NCBI GenBank assembly: GCA_040954595.2
Contig: CM082592.2
Span: forward strand, 2,607,462 to 2,671,461
Direction: 5' to 3'
Length of the DNA stretch: 64,000 nucleotides
Source: Balanoglossus misakiensis
Taxonomy: Eukaryota; Animalia; Hemichordata
A program made the position numbers and the translations under genes. Under the pieces are notes generated by a model. It was not told the origin of the DNA and made no database searches. It worked only from the letters and a program-made list of their open reading frames with translations. Within the stretch, counting starts at the first letter, position 1; each line of letters starts with the position of its first letter. Below, piece after piece: positions 44,501 to 58,668 of this stretch.

Positions 44501-47500
44501 CCCTGTGCAAACAGCCCTGCTATGTTCTTTTAAACACTGAAAACTGGCAATTTCTGTCAAACTTGAAATGGTTCGAATATCCTTACCTCTTTGTATCTTG
44601 TAATATTTCAGACAATTGATTCTCTTCGTAGTGTTTTGCCATTTTACTCAGTGATTTCAAAATCCTGCAGCCAATCAGTGCCAGAGCTATATGAGGTCAA
44701 AGGTTAAAACAATCAATGCAATTTATATACAGTTTTATATTGCTCAATGTGATAATATACAGCTTACTCTTTACTGAATCAGTTTTTTCACCCATTCTAC
44801 AAAAGCTTTGCGTAAACAGCAGTTGTTGGTGTGTTTTTTATAAGATTATTAGTTCACCCATTTCAACAAATCAAAACTTGACAGAAACATCATGGAGCCT
44901 CCTGGTAACATTTAGAAATAGCTGAACTGAACTTGTTCAAGCCTGGATGAAGGAAAATGTACCCTATACAAATGTACTGTGTTCATTAGTAGATTGATTG
45001 AAGGAACACGGTCACCTATGGAAGTTCAACTACAGTTACCATGGTAAACTTGAGATCTAGCCAATCACAGATTTTCAGTGGGTGGCACACGGGGGAAAAA
45101 GTGCGCCACCATATGTTCTTTAGAACGCTCAAATACGTCATTTCAGCCATATATGGGCGTATGTAAATTAGAGGTGACTGAATACCTTTAAAGCCCCAAT
45201 AGAAGCCACTTTTAGCATAATATTTAATTGATAAAATACTTCAATATTCTCCTCATCCTTAGTTGATAGACAACACCACATTGACTTTGTGGAGAGTCTA
45301 AAAGTCATGAGTGTACACCACCATGGTTGAATGTGTATTCTTGCAATCTGCAGCTTAATAAACAGGTGCAGCACTCATTTATTATTTAACTTGTCTATAC
45401 TTACATGTACAGCCACAATCAATGGTTGATGATGTGTTTGTTTATATCCAACAGTATTAAAGCTCATTTAAATTGACCATTCTAATTTTGGAAATAAAAT
45501 AATTAAATAAAAAACTTAAAAAGTGGCAACTATTGGGGCTTTAATTAGGTAACCAGATGTGTTTCATATACATGTACATGTAGTTTAGGTATTCCTGGGT
45601 CAAAGCTTACCACTGTGGTCATGTGCTCTACTCCATATTATCTTGGCTAATTCTATCCGTCCAAACAGTAATGCCCAGAAATAGATATCCTTCGGTGAGA
45701 GCTGATCATCCCCTATGAGTAAAAATGTGTAAGAGAATGGTCAGGTTCAGTGGCTGCAGTCGGGATCACAAAATCAAGAATTTTGACATTACCGTAGTGT
45801 TTACTTTATATCACTGGAAAGACACTTTGCTTTCAGCCACTTTCGTGAAAATTTCACGAAAATGACAATATCGAAAAGTGTTTTCTGAAAATTGTACATG
45901 TTAGGCAATATGGAATGTGACAGTCACACACTACATTGCTGATGAGACACAACATAACAATAGATCTTATATTAAGTAATTCTTGCAAAAATATATACCT
46001 ACCGTTGTTGCTGTAGTAAGGTACAACAATACCACAGGTTAGATCTCGAACAAGGTTTTCCACAACTTTGAATAGGTCATCTACATTGTCTGGATGTTTC
46101 TGCAAGAAATTGTTTGACATCAAAGCAACTCACAATGGAATCTTTGAAAATCATGAGTCATTTCCATATCCAGATGCAAATTGATGTTGGCCCCTAACTC
46201 CTTTCTACCAGGAACAAACTAAGTCAGTCCACAGGCAGACACAGAGTGTCCACATTGCTTATTTCATGATGGCCTCCTGGGCCGTAAACACCAGTGCTAC
46301 ACAGGCATAACTTGCAAATCTGAACGTATATTCTAGACTCACTATTTTTTCCTTCAGCTTCTCACTTAAAGTACGTTTGATGAGATCTGAACATCCACAT
46401 AGGCCTTCTTTAGGAAGCAAATGTTCATGAAATAAAACCTTGAAAAGAGAGGTATAGAAACAAATTGTTATAGATAAAAATAAAATATGGCGCAAAATGT
46501 ATTTAATTTCTCACATAGCACTTTGGCATGTAACATGGTTGACTTTTCCAGGTCCACAGCTGATTATCTTTAAATTGTGCAAATCTTTCCTGTTGTTTCC
46601 AAATATGCCCTAAACAATGTATAACTTCCTGCAATCTGTATTATTGAAATCAAAGTAGTGTACATGTATATCCAACCACAACAACACCAATGGCAGCATA
46701 CTTTCCTGCTCTTAAAAGTAATTTAATAAAAACTCACAGAATGATACAACTTTCCAAGAGTTTCCCTTTTGCAAAATTGCTCAAGTGGCATTCCATTTTC
46801 TAAGAACAATTTCAGCAACTCCGTCTTTCCAAGAACCAATGCTGACATCATGACCTCTGTATATGAAACATTCTGTCCAGAAAAGTCAGATGAAAGTCAA
46901 GAATTTTTTTTTAAATAGAAAAAAGGACAATGATCATGAAGTATTTTGAAACAGTTTGTTTTTCATAATAAGTTTCAAGGATTTAACACACAAGTACACT
47001 AATAGCAGGCCCATATTTTAAAGTGATTAGTAGCATACAGCAAAATGTAGGATAGAAACCCTGTTAGAATTTTAAAGAAACAAAATTTGAAAATTTTTAT
47101 TCATTTTTTATTTCTCCAAGGTAAGAAGTGGATAAATAGAGAAGTTCGGTTTCTGTTAAGACGTCACCAAGTTTTGTGTAAAGTTTGACGTTCACGTAAA
47201 AGACTTTGCGTTTTTTACGTGGAGATAGGTGTTTTCACGTTAGTTGCAAACGTGAAAAGTTATTCTCATTTTGGGCAACAAAAGTCATATTATCTACAAA
47301 ATATGGGTATGCCTTGTTAGCTTGATATCTCATTGTGACAAACGAAAACGCATTTATTTCTTTTTAGTCATTTCATGTGAAATTTGGTCATCAATTTGTA
47401 TGGTCGCCCGACGGTTGAATCCGTAGTTGCAGTGCAGTGACACGGCCGTGTAACGATGTACACGCTCAAAATTCGAATACAGAGTGCGCGTGCCACACAA

Positions 47501-50500
47501 ACTGACATTGACGTGAAGCCAAACTCTTTTCCACCCAAACGTCTAACGCGAACGTGGGTTCTACGCGTCCACGTAAAACGTGTAGCCGAGCCTGTTATTG
47601 CTTTTGCTTGGAGAGGATCAAAAGTGTTGGTAATGTTTCTGAATGAATGTATGCTATTGATAAATTGAATGAGAGACACAATCAATACACTTTATCTAAA
47701 TATCCAGAGATCACCAGGATGATACTGACAAACTACGCAGAATGATCATCATTGTAAAAAAGTCAGAAATCTGTTTTTCAGCCAAAAACATCACTCCCTT
47801 ACCTGTCTTTTTATATGTAACCCCAGTATATCTTCAGCCGATTTCTTTGAGTGAATCAGATTTCTGTCGGATGTGATCAACTGCAGTTGACAATTATCTG
47901 CACTCCCAGCAGCTGTCAAATAAAATGAAAAATACATGTAGAAGAGAAATTTAAAGAGAAACCATAAATCAAGAATCTGGTTTTAATACTAAAGACATAG
48001 GATCTCATTGAACCTGTATTTCTTTCTGTTGGTTTCTGTCTGTGAGTTTAAAATGGCGGCTGGTTCAAATCATGCGTATGTCCACATTTAAATTCAATCT
48101 TAGTGTAAAGGGCATAAACATAGTTCACGGCATTCTTTAAAGGGACAAAGTCTCTCTCTCGCTGCCCTATATATTTCTATTAGTTATGTTTGATAGAAGA
48201 CACCGTTTATGTAATTCTACATGTGGATACATGTATATAGTGAATCAACGTTCGACCACATGCACATTGCCACTTCCACTCCACTTGTAGACACGAGAGT
48301 GAATACTCGCAAAAATGAATAATCGGTCTCCACCATTTATTCATTTTGGCAAGATTTTTACTCTCATATCCTACAAACGGGATGGAAGTTGTGTGTGGTC
48401 GAACATTGATTCACTATATATCCACATGTACCGGTAGAATAACATGGTGTCTTGTATCAAACATAATTAATACAAATAGGGCAGCAAGAGAGCATTCAAA
48501 TAGTGGACCGCCTTCGCTTCCTTCCATATTTCATGCGCACCGTATAAGTAGATTAATTCTTGTTTTGTCCCTCCTTTTCACCCAAGCTGGTGTCTTTTCC
48601 CGATCTCCGACACAGATTATGGTCGCCGCCATCTTCTCTGTTGTTAGGACAGGACTGCCTTATGGGATTGACTGCTCACTAAACGTCTGTAACCAGCGGC
48701 TACAGCTGGAACATGCGTGTGAGACGAGCTACGTGCTTTAAATTCATGCGTTGTATCTTCTGAGCTATGTCAAGAAATTACCTTTGAAGATGGCATCTGT
48801 AATGACCTTCAGTGCTCCTTTACTCACATGAATCCCACAGACTATTATCTTCTGTTTTGAAAGACATAACATGGAAAAATAAAAATTGACATTTTTAAAT
48901 CCACATATAATTTTAACAGAATGTTCAATTTAATGGCAAACGACAGACATGTGGATCGATAGGGCTTGTTTGGAAGACTTTTGATTTTAAAGGGTGATGC
49001 TGAACATACTGCTATTAAAAATATCAATTATTCTGAAACAGTAAACTTTAAAAGAAGGTGAGGAATTATCAAAATAAACACATAAATGTCAAAATTTGAA
49101 CTAAGCTGAAAAAGGGTCATCCCTATAGTCCTACAGTATATACAATGTAGCAAATAGTTTATGAAATTTATTGTCAGGGTCATATAACTAGGCAAAACCC
49201 CCGCTGCAGCATGTACAATTTAAAGCCTGTCAAATTGAAAGAAAGTTTTTAGAAACCAAAAATTTATAAGCTTGAGGCTAATCCTTACATTTTCATCATT
49301 TTCACCTTGTTCCAGATTATTAATCTGTTCGAGACATTTCTCATACACGTTGAAATCCTCTTCAGAACATTTCACACCTTTTAACATTCCTGTGATTTGA
49401 TTGGTAGACAACGGCACGCCACTGCTCCTGAAACAAAGCATTAGGATAGACACATTCACTCCATGTGGGAAAAAATTTGGTTTAAAAAATCAGTGAGCTG
49501 GTTCACCAATGCTATACACTTTGGGGTGAGGGGGTCATGTATGCATATTATTTCATAGCAGGATTTAGAAAAAAATTGAGCATCACAATTAAATTCTGTG
49601 ATGTGACCTCACTTTTGTATATGTGTAAATGCCACCATGTCATCAGCTGTTCCCTTTTCCATGTATGTTGTTAAGATACGGATATCCTGGCTGAGTGCAT
49701 GGCAAGCCGCTTCCAATTCGACTTTGCCACCTTGTACCAAGAACCAGGTCAATGAAACAGGCTTCTTCGCTGTTTGTACAAAAAATATCCAATAGTTTTA
49801 TGAAAGTCTAAAATCTCCAGCTTTCTCCAGTCTCCTTGTAATCACATGGAACTCAGCCTGATAAACAAACAAACAAACAAACAAACAAACATACCGACAG
49901 ACAGAATACATACATACATACATGTACTTACATACATACATACATACCGGTACAGACAGACAGACATACATACATACATACGACAGACAGACAGACAGAA
50001 TACATCGTTGTAAGCCACAAGGTAAATCATAACACGCTGACTACATGTACATTGCGGAAATTGTCACTGCACTGTCCAAAGAATCACGTGTCTGCATGAC
50101 CAAGGAAAAATCAATTTTCATGCAAGTATAGCATCAGACCTTGATACGTAGAACACAGATGGAATGTAGAACATATATATATAAACACGTTCTATTTCAA
50201 TTTCTATACTGGCCAAGTTTGTAACGGTTATACATGTGAGTGCGTATCAGCCAATCACGAATATGACATAATACGTGAGGTGTAATAACATTAGATAACA
50301 TAAGACTTACTGTCTTTATCAAGGTCTTGAGTATCATGAGTATGATTGTGCTTCTTGTGACTGTGGACAATGAAGTTAAAAAACAATACAGTGAAATCTC
50401 TATTGGGAAAACTGACAAGAATGCTGCGCAAAATGACTTATTTTGCACAAATGTTGATTTTATCATGAAGAGTGGAGAATGTTGGCAGAAAAACATTTTC

Positions 50501-53500
50501 AAGATTTTGTGGTCTGATTTAGATAATACCAAAGCAAACTGGATTTTTATTGACATGACCAGCTGCCAATTTCTGAATTAATTTCATGACTCAACTTTGA
50601 AACTAAAGAATGGTCCATTGAAATGAACTATGTGATGGGTTTACCCGAACATATTATCAACCTCTTACAATTATTGGGTGGCACACCTGTTTATTCTACT
50701 GGTATGTGCAATGATACATTAGAATCCTATTATCATTTGAAAATATCAGCTCAAATCTATAGCAGTACATGCAACATGTCTGAGACTCACCTATTTTGAA
50801 ATCCTTTCCATTTGTAACACACGCCACATAACACGTCATTTTTGCATATATTCTCACTGCAGGTGTAGATGGTATCCCAGATGTGCTTGCCACATCTTGT
50901 GCATCTCCTGAAACATGGGTGAAGAAATATACAGTTTGTAATAATCAATTCACTTGAAGGGAAGCGGTCGCGTGGGTGTCCCCCTCAATGAGAATATGCA
51001 TCAGTCCTCCCATAGCAGCGCAAACCCCACTGCAGTCGCCACGACCTACTAGGATCTTCAGTTGCTGTCATGCCCAGTCTACGCTACGGTTGGCTGCTTC
51101 GTTCATTCTAAGAATTATCTTATTTGAGGGATTTGTGGATGAATTGTTTATAAACAAACAAACGCGGCGCGATGACCCCTTCACTTTTATAGGAATTAGT
51201 AATGAATTTACCGGTAGTAATTATACCAGAGTGTTTACTTCACTGTGTGCGCACTTCAAAACTATCTCAGCATGCAATTACACTGCAATTTTGCTTCAAT
51301 GCCACAGAAATCTGTTGAATTCCGTTCCAGAAATTATCATACAGTCTCATAGATGCAGTTCAAGCAGAACCCAAATATAAAAGATGCAGGTAGCATCCGA
51401 TACATTTCATAAAATGTTATCATTACACAGTGATAATTCTATACGGACTATCATGTTGGGGCTGCATTCAATTGTCTTCACGTTTATGAGCATGTACTTT
51501 GCTTTACTTGCAAAATATACACCAGGACACTTACCATGATCCTTTACGCTTGTCAATCGGAGCAAAATGTGCTGGAAAGTTAAAATATAAAGACTTTTAT
51601 GACAATGAAGATTGTAATGACTATAACTCCTTCAGATTTATGTATTAATTGTTGGCAAATGTAATTGATTGTACTCTTTCAATCTATCTGATGTGTATAA
51701 ATAATAGTTCTTACTGACCACATCACAGGGTTAATTTAACTGAGTGACAATTTATAGTCACATTATTGTTACATTGGAAGAAGATGAAAGATTGAACAAA
51801 AAGACAATGGAGATGTCTGTATCGTAGTACCTGCAGACAGTAAAACTTGACTAAACCGAACACCATGCAAGGGGACTGAAGAAATTGTTCATTTTACAGA
51901 GGTTTCTGGTTTATCGAGTGAATCAAGGTTCGACCACACACAACTTCCATCCCATTTGTAGGATATGAGAGAAAAAATCAATAGACGGTAGAGTCCGATT
52001 ATTCATTTTGGCGAGTTTTTCACTCTCGTGTCTACAAGTGGGATGGAAGTTGTGTGTGGTCGAACGCTGATTCACTGTATATCCACATGTAGCATAACAT
52101 AACGGTGTCTTGTATCAAACATAATTAATGGGAAAGGGGCAGCGAGAGAGAGAATTTGTCCCTATTAAGCGAAGCTGTAAATATGTTAGTCTATCTGTAA
52201 AATGACAAACCTGCATCCCATGTATCAAAATTCATAATGGATGAGTCATGACCTTCACTATCATGCCTGCATGGAAATATACAAAGAGTTTGGATATACT
52301 AATATTTGAAAATTACAATTGTGGACTGGATATGCAGTAAAAGCCCCAGTAATTCCAACTTCTGGCTAATTTTTCAGTATTTTTCTCACATGTATCAAGT
52401 CCGGTTTCTTGTTCTACTATGCATATAGCTTTATGAAATATTCAGTTTTTAGCTTCTCAAACAAAACATTTAAGAGTAACAGTCAACGTTATTGTTCAAA
52501 AGTGAAATCAAGTCTGGACCTGAATTCAATTTTTAACAATATCAATAATGATAATACTGAGCAATTCTTTATGTTTTAAAGAGCAGAACAAGAAACCACA
52601 GTTGACACCCAAAACACAATTACTGAGGAAATAGCTCAAAGTTAGGGTAATTAACTCTTGCTATAATGTTATAGTATGAAAAGACTTTAAATCATATATG
52701 AATGAAGTTAAATAATTTTGCCGAGTTTTACTGTATCTTTAAATACGGCACTCTCTGATAGTGCATGTTGTGTACTAAAATGAAATGTTAAAACATGGAT
52801 TTTAAGCCTTGAGACCGTCAAGCTGGGAAAACTGAAGACCCCGCATTGGAATTAAAAATCTCACAGATTTAATTGTTTGGCACATCATTGCTTTCATGGA
52901 ATATGGAATATTAGGTGAAAGGCCAAATATTGCAGGCAAACTTACCCCTTCTTCCATTTGCCACTCTCCATACACACACTACAAAGATCATAGTCACCAC
53001 ATCTGGAACAGTGTGCACCTGGTCCAATTATTAATCGGCTGCAACCATCACAAGTCCTATCGTAATATGTAAATAAACAGATTCTCTGCTGTTAAAGGGA
53101 CAAAGTCTCTCTCTCGCTGCCCTTTACCCATAATTAAGTTTGATACAAGACACCGTTTATGTATATAGTGAATCAATGTTCGACCACACATAACTTCCAT
53201 CTCACTTGTAGACACGAGAGTGAAAAAACTCGCCAAAATGAATAATCGGTCTCTACTGTTTATTCATTTTGGCAAGTTTTTACTATCATATCCTACAACA
53301 TAAACGCCACCGTGTCTTGTATCAATCATAATTAATGGAAAAGGCCTTTTTTAAGGGGCAGCGAGAGAGAGACTTTGTCCCTTTTAAATGTCATCAAGCT
53401 ACATCAAGCCGGTGGCCCAAACATGACTGAAATTAGTGAGTGCTAATTTGAAATTCATTTGGTGAACACAGTTTTCTTCTTTATTTTCAAAAAGACTCGT

Positions 53501-56500
53501 TGTATAACTTTCAGATAGCAAAGAATAAAGGCTTTGGAGGACTTTCATTTTCCCGAAAATCTGTCCTCGACAACCCCAGTGTATGGTTATCATATTCCAT
53601 AAGCCTTATGTCTTGAATTTTTATAAAAGACTGTTGCAATATTGTAATTTTCTTGAAATTTTCACAAAAAGTTCCAAGAAAAGAGAATTATTAAATGACA
53701 TAAACAAAAAACACTATGTCAGCCATGCTCAAGTTTTCAATAGCTGTGTTCAGATTGTTTTTGCCATAAGAAAAAAATAGCATGAGGAATGCAAGGAAAG
53801 TGCTGGCTCAGCATTTTCCACAATATTTGAGACCCCCCTCGTAACTAAAAAAAGTAGGATGGGAACTCCCTGCTTTCTCCCTGTATGTATCTCCCTATTC
53901 TTTGATACACAATATACATAAACATCAGCACCTATCGTTCGCTATAAAGCACCTTCTGATTGGTTTACTGGCCAAGCAAAGCCTGAGATTTCAACGGGAG
54001 CTTCAGTGGAAGTTGGTCAGATGTAGTGTGAGGCGACAGCATAAGAAAACCGTACCGCGTACGTAAAAGACGTCGCCGTTCCCTACATCTGACTTTTTAA
54101 TCAGATTGCTATTGGGGCTTCAAATCAAGAATTTTTTTGAAAGATCCTCAATAATCATGCATCAACAGCCAACAAAACGTACCAGTGAAATTCTCTGTCT
54201 TGATTCCCACTTTTTGGAACTGTAAAAAAATAATAGTGATATAAGGGTATTAGGAAAACCCTTTGGACATCACATCACATCACATACCACACTACATTAC
54301 ACTACACCACATGACATGACATCGCACCATGTCATATTACGTACACCACATCACATCGTAATCACAACATATTTCACCACACCACACCACACCACACAAC
54401 ATGACATCACCCCACATTATATTACGCCCAATGAAATCACATCACACCACATCAAATCAAGCATCATATCACACCAGTGACACCACACTACATGTACATC
54501 ACATATCACCAAATAACAATAAGCCTTAGACATATATGACCAACGTCTATATAGTCAATCAAGTAATTTTTGTTTCTTCCTGAACAAGACAAACCAGTCT
54601 TTCAATTAACTGCTCTTTCCAAATTAGATCAAGATTTTGCACAATACAAGACTTGTGTTTATATGATCAGCTGCAGGAGGACAGTCCACTGACGTGTGCC
54701 TTGACAGCTGTTGCACCCCAAAAAGCAAAGTCTCACATATAGCTCTGGTGATAAACAAGATCTCATCGGCCATTATGCGTCAAAGGCTAAACATTTGTCA
54801 AAGAGTAGGCCTAAAAATACAAAATCTGAATGTTCTTACCAAATTTTGAAAATTCATTCGAACAGGTATCTTTCAAATACTTGACCAGCTGAACACTAAT
54901 TTCATATGTCTTTGTCATGTTTCTTTCCCTATCATTATTATCTTCAACAAGGATGTAGAAGTTGTGGCGGAAATCAAGGAATGTCTTCCCAGTTTGTCTA
55001 GAGCTCTTTCCATCAGTACCACGAACGTCGCAATCAAATGAATTTTGATCTGTCCTTCTCTGAGGATAAAGAAGACAAATGAGATTTATTTGGGAATACT
55101 GGTGTACCGCTATGTACCAAATTAGAAAATATATTATCTATATCATTTGAACAAGCTGCAGCCACTAATAAAAGCCTCCAGAGCTGCCAAATGTCACGTT
55201 TCTTCCACAATAAAATGCTTTGAATCTATTCCCCACTATTAGGCCATATTATTTTTATTTTCATCATTTTGTCATCTCTTGGCAACACATACCACGATAG
55301 CTGCGTACTGTTTGTATGGAGGCTGATTAAACTTTTTTTTTGGGGGGGGGGGGGGTTAAGTCTGGACATTGACTAGTTGAAACATACATACATGTAATTG
55401 ATTGTCTGTGGGTAGATTCTTTCCTGCGCACAAAACACTTTCCATTTGGTTTCCAAACAAGCATTTTGCAATTCTAATTTAGAGTCACAGTTGGCTGGCT
55501 CAGTAACTACTACCATATTGTGACACACAGGCACTACCATGGCATAGGATTCTGCAAAGGCTTCCACAAGATTACTTATAAGACATTGAGAACACATCAA
55601 AGAAATAGTAGTGATATAGAAAAGCAATTGGACAAGTACTCAAAATGGTTCCTGATAAATAGTTTTTAACCCAAAGTGGCAAAAATTCTCCCAAATATGA
55701 TATGAACAAATTTGATGTGGACCATTCCTGCACAGTTCACACCAAATATACCTGTGAGCAATTGGGCAAGTAAAACAGATGTTTTGAGAAAAAATGAAGA
55801 TTTTGTTTTTTTAATTAACTAAAAACACAAAAGTTCTCATAGTCATAATGGCTCAAGATATACTACAGGGTATACCGGGTACAGTCACTATGGTGCATAC
55901 AAACTACATTTCAAAGCATTCTTACTAAATTCTCTGTGACATGTCAATTAATTTTAAATAAAATAGTCACTGAACTCACCAAATTACATAAATGACTCTC
56001 TGCTGCTATGGCAACCAAGTATACATCTTTGCTGAGGCAGAAATCTTTCTGTTCAGCTCGTTCCTCTTCCAATACATCACACAACATTTCAGTGATGCCA
56101 CAGTGAAAACCGCTGGTGATTATCAGTGCACCTATCAATACACATGAGAAATATCATTTTTTTATTATAAGAATGCATGTACTGTAAAATGGGAAATTAA
56201 CACGACAGGAAATTTTCGTGTTAGATAAAGCAGTAACTGTTACACGACAATATCCCCGGCCCCGAAAAACATTCATGTGACTTTTATTTTCATGTTTTTT
56301 TTTGGCTCTCGTGAAGTTCGCGAAAATTTATCGTTCGCCAAAATTTCCCATTTTACAGTACTCCTAGTACTCCTACAGTACTTCACACTGAATCATCACA
56401 GTTACTTCATGGACACATCAATCAATATAACAACTGGTCTCTTACCTGTCTGAAGTGCACCCTCAACCACATTCTGTAGAAATGTTCTCATCAATGAAGG

Positions 56501-57741
56501 ATTCTTGACTTCGTCCTCAGAGGACATGATACCATAAACTATTTCCGGAATTTGCCAACCATCTCCAAAGCTCTTCTCCACAGAATTCCATATTTCACTA
56601 ATGTTGTGTTCATTTATTTCTTTTTCTTTATTCACCCGAAGGAACTTTGAGATTAAAGACAACGACAGACTGGTTGACAATAATACGCAAATGTTCAAAT
56701 CAGTACTTGCAGTTTTGGATTTTTCTTCAAAATTTCTCCCTTCTCCATTTTAACTGCAGTTTTTTGTTCTACTCTTAAATGATGAAATGTTCACTATTTT
56801 GCTTGTCAACATAACCCACATAACAGTTATAGCTATGTTATTATTGATAAATGACTTCAAGCCATTGACATCCATGCTTAATAACCATGTGTTGTAATGG
56901 CATCAGCCTAGGAGATAATCCGGGATGAGACCATTACCAAAATTGACCATAGTAACCATGGTTGACCAATACTAGTACACAGTCAAGCAAAATTGGATGA
57001 GTCATCATCACTGATGATCATCATGGTCTATAAATAGTGTGTCTAATGGATCGCACAATAGGGTATTAAAGGTACAAAGTCTCTCTCTCGCTGCCCTTTT
57101 TCCATTAATTATGTTTGATACAAGACACCGTTTATGTTATGCTACATGTGGATAATATAGTGAATCAAAGTTCGACAACACACAACTTCCATCCCGCTTG
57201 TAGACACAAGAGTGAAAAACTCTCCAAAATGTATAATCAGACTCTACCATTTACTGTAAAACACTATTTTCGCTTTTTTTGTTAATTTTTTAGTTAATTT
57301 TTTCGCGATATCGAGAGAGGCCACTGTTTCGCGAGTATCACTTTTCGCGTTTTCTTATTTCATTCACTGCATTGTTATCTTAAAAAAAAAATTACGCGAC
57401 TGTTTATTTTCACGCTATTTTGGCTCTCGCGTATTTCGCGAAAACGTATTGCGAAAACAAAGTATTCATTTTGGGCGAATTTTAACTCTCATATCATACA
57501 AGCGGGATGGAAGTTGTGTGTCGTCGAACATTGATTCACTATATATCCACATGTAGAATAAGATGATAAATAGTGTCTTGTATCAAACATAATTAATGGG
57601 AAAAGGGCAACGAGAGAGAGACTTTGTCCCTTTAACTATTATACATGATAATTACTCTACATCTTACTGATGTATACTTACAGATTTTTTAGGTCCATCA
57701 TGTTGTTCAAAATTTATAGAACCTATAGCAAACTTCATCAT
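38532..57741 (-). CDS. TRPM-family cation channel with two ZZ zinc fingers inserted in the SLOG/MHR1-2 region (~1,126 aa, 26 coding exons; extreme ends uncertain)
   Basis: Exons (-): 57741-57682, 56644-56446, 56131-55980, 55059-54840, 54219-54183, 53056-52946, 52266-52211, 51571-51535, 50907-50791, 50360-50311, 49769-49613, 49427-49289, 48851-48782, 47912-47803, 46872-46738, 46438-46343, 46099-46003, 45712-45611, 44686-44587, 43227-42912, 42692-42549, 42044-41787, 41156-40976, 40545-40416, 39404-39178, 38611-38532. TRPM hallmarks: GALIITSG, LDFRHNFYILVED, LVQGG, LKLFLENG, YFWALLFGRIELAKIIW, CCQTKLTTLW, six TM segments, HLGAKLIMI, S6 NVLLLNLLIAVFS, TRP box IWSFYRY. Confidence 0.88.
39745..40073. 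mobile_element. MITE family with AGCCCC...GGGGCT ends and TTAA target (second copy ~45192-45540)
   Basis: aaagcccctatagctg...ctattgaggctttaa, and ttaaagccccaatag...ctattggggctttaa, share internal sequence. Confidence 0.6.
40120..40327. mobile_element. Tc1/mariner-type MITE with TA target (copies 43382-43587, 56182-56358, nested ~57254-57463)
   Basis: TA|CTGTAAAACACTTTATTTTC ... GAAAATAAAGTGYTTTACAG|TA. Confidence 0.85.
50311..54219 (-). other. Two tandem three-exon ZZ zinc-finger cassettes inside the TRPM gene
   Basis: ZZ-1: FHWTCDGCSRLIIGPGAHCSRCGDYDLCSVCMESGKWKKGHDSEGH. ZZ-2: SWRCTRCGKHIWDTIYTCSENICKNDVLCGVCYKWKGFQNSHKKHNH. Confidence 0.85.
54266..54510. repeat. Degenerate pentanucleotide (CACAT/CACCA)n repeat
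   Basis: catcacatcacatcacataccacactacat... directly visible, intronic. Confidence 0.85.
57070..57631. mobile_element. Palindromic TTAA-target MITE (AGGGACAAAGTCTCTCTCTCGCTGCCC ends) with a nested TA-MITE; other copies 53096-53383, 48141-~48493, ~51915-52164, ~42200-42330
   Basis: Long TIR, TTAA on both sides (57066-57069, 57632-57635), five copies all in TRPM introns. Confidence 0.85.
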
Positions 57742-58507
57742 GGTTTCTGAAAATATAAGTATCAACAGTATTGAGCAAATAGTGACTTTTGCATACAGAG
57801 TGGATTTTAGAGACATCTGATGAACTACCAACCAATTCTCTTAAACAAGGAACAGTATGTACGAATTGAAATTACGTGTAAAAAATACACACCAATTCTC
57901 ATCTTACACAGGTTTGTGAAATACAAATTGCAACACAAAACACAAAGGTATACGGCTAGAGACTACAGCCAGATCCAGGGCACCTTGCAGTGAACTTCTG
58001 GTAGGCAACTCCGAGATCCCAAAGCCCTGTGCACTGGCCAGAAATAGCCAATCAAGGTACCACAAGTTCATTGCCAGGTGTCCTGGATCTGCAGCACCAG
58101 CCCAGCATGTACCCTTTTCTATTGACGCATTTTTTGACACAGATGAAGTGGCAGGTTTGAAAGTTGACAATGAAAGGGAGCGATCGATAGCTATGTGATG
58201 ATTATCAAACTTGGTCACTTATGAATCGAACTCCGAACACTACTTGACAGGATATAGCATTTGACAGCTCCTTATCAATTTCTCTCAGACTATTATTTAG
58301 GTTCCTGTCTTCCAAGTAAAACGTAACATAAAATTCAGCGTTTTCTATGGGAAGGAATTGTAGCCCTATGGCACATAAAGGCCCATGGGCTACAATTATT
58401 GCAGCTAAGTCTATACAAACACAAACTAAAGGCAGTGCCTGTGCTGTTTAAGAAAAAGAGGAAGTTATAGCAAAGTTTAGATAGACTCACACACAAGGTC
58501 TATCTAA

Positions 58508-58668
58508 GGGACCGTTCAGTTTTTACGGCCGGGGAGGGGGGGGGGGGGGCAAGTTTGTGTCATCGGTTTTCAAAATCAGGCCGACCCCCCTTCACCCAGG
58601 ACCCAAAAATGATGACCCCCCCTTAGACAGACCCAAAAATATGAAATATTAAAAAACTGAACGGTCCC
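58508..58668. mobile_element. Short internally deleted copy of the Harbinger-type element at 20978-22168
   Basis: Same GGGACCGTTCAGTTTTT TIR, with a TAA target duplication. Confidence 0.85.
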
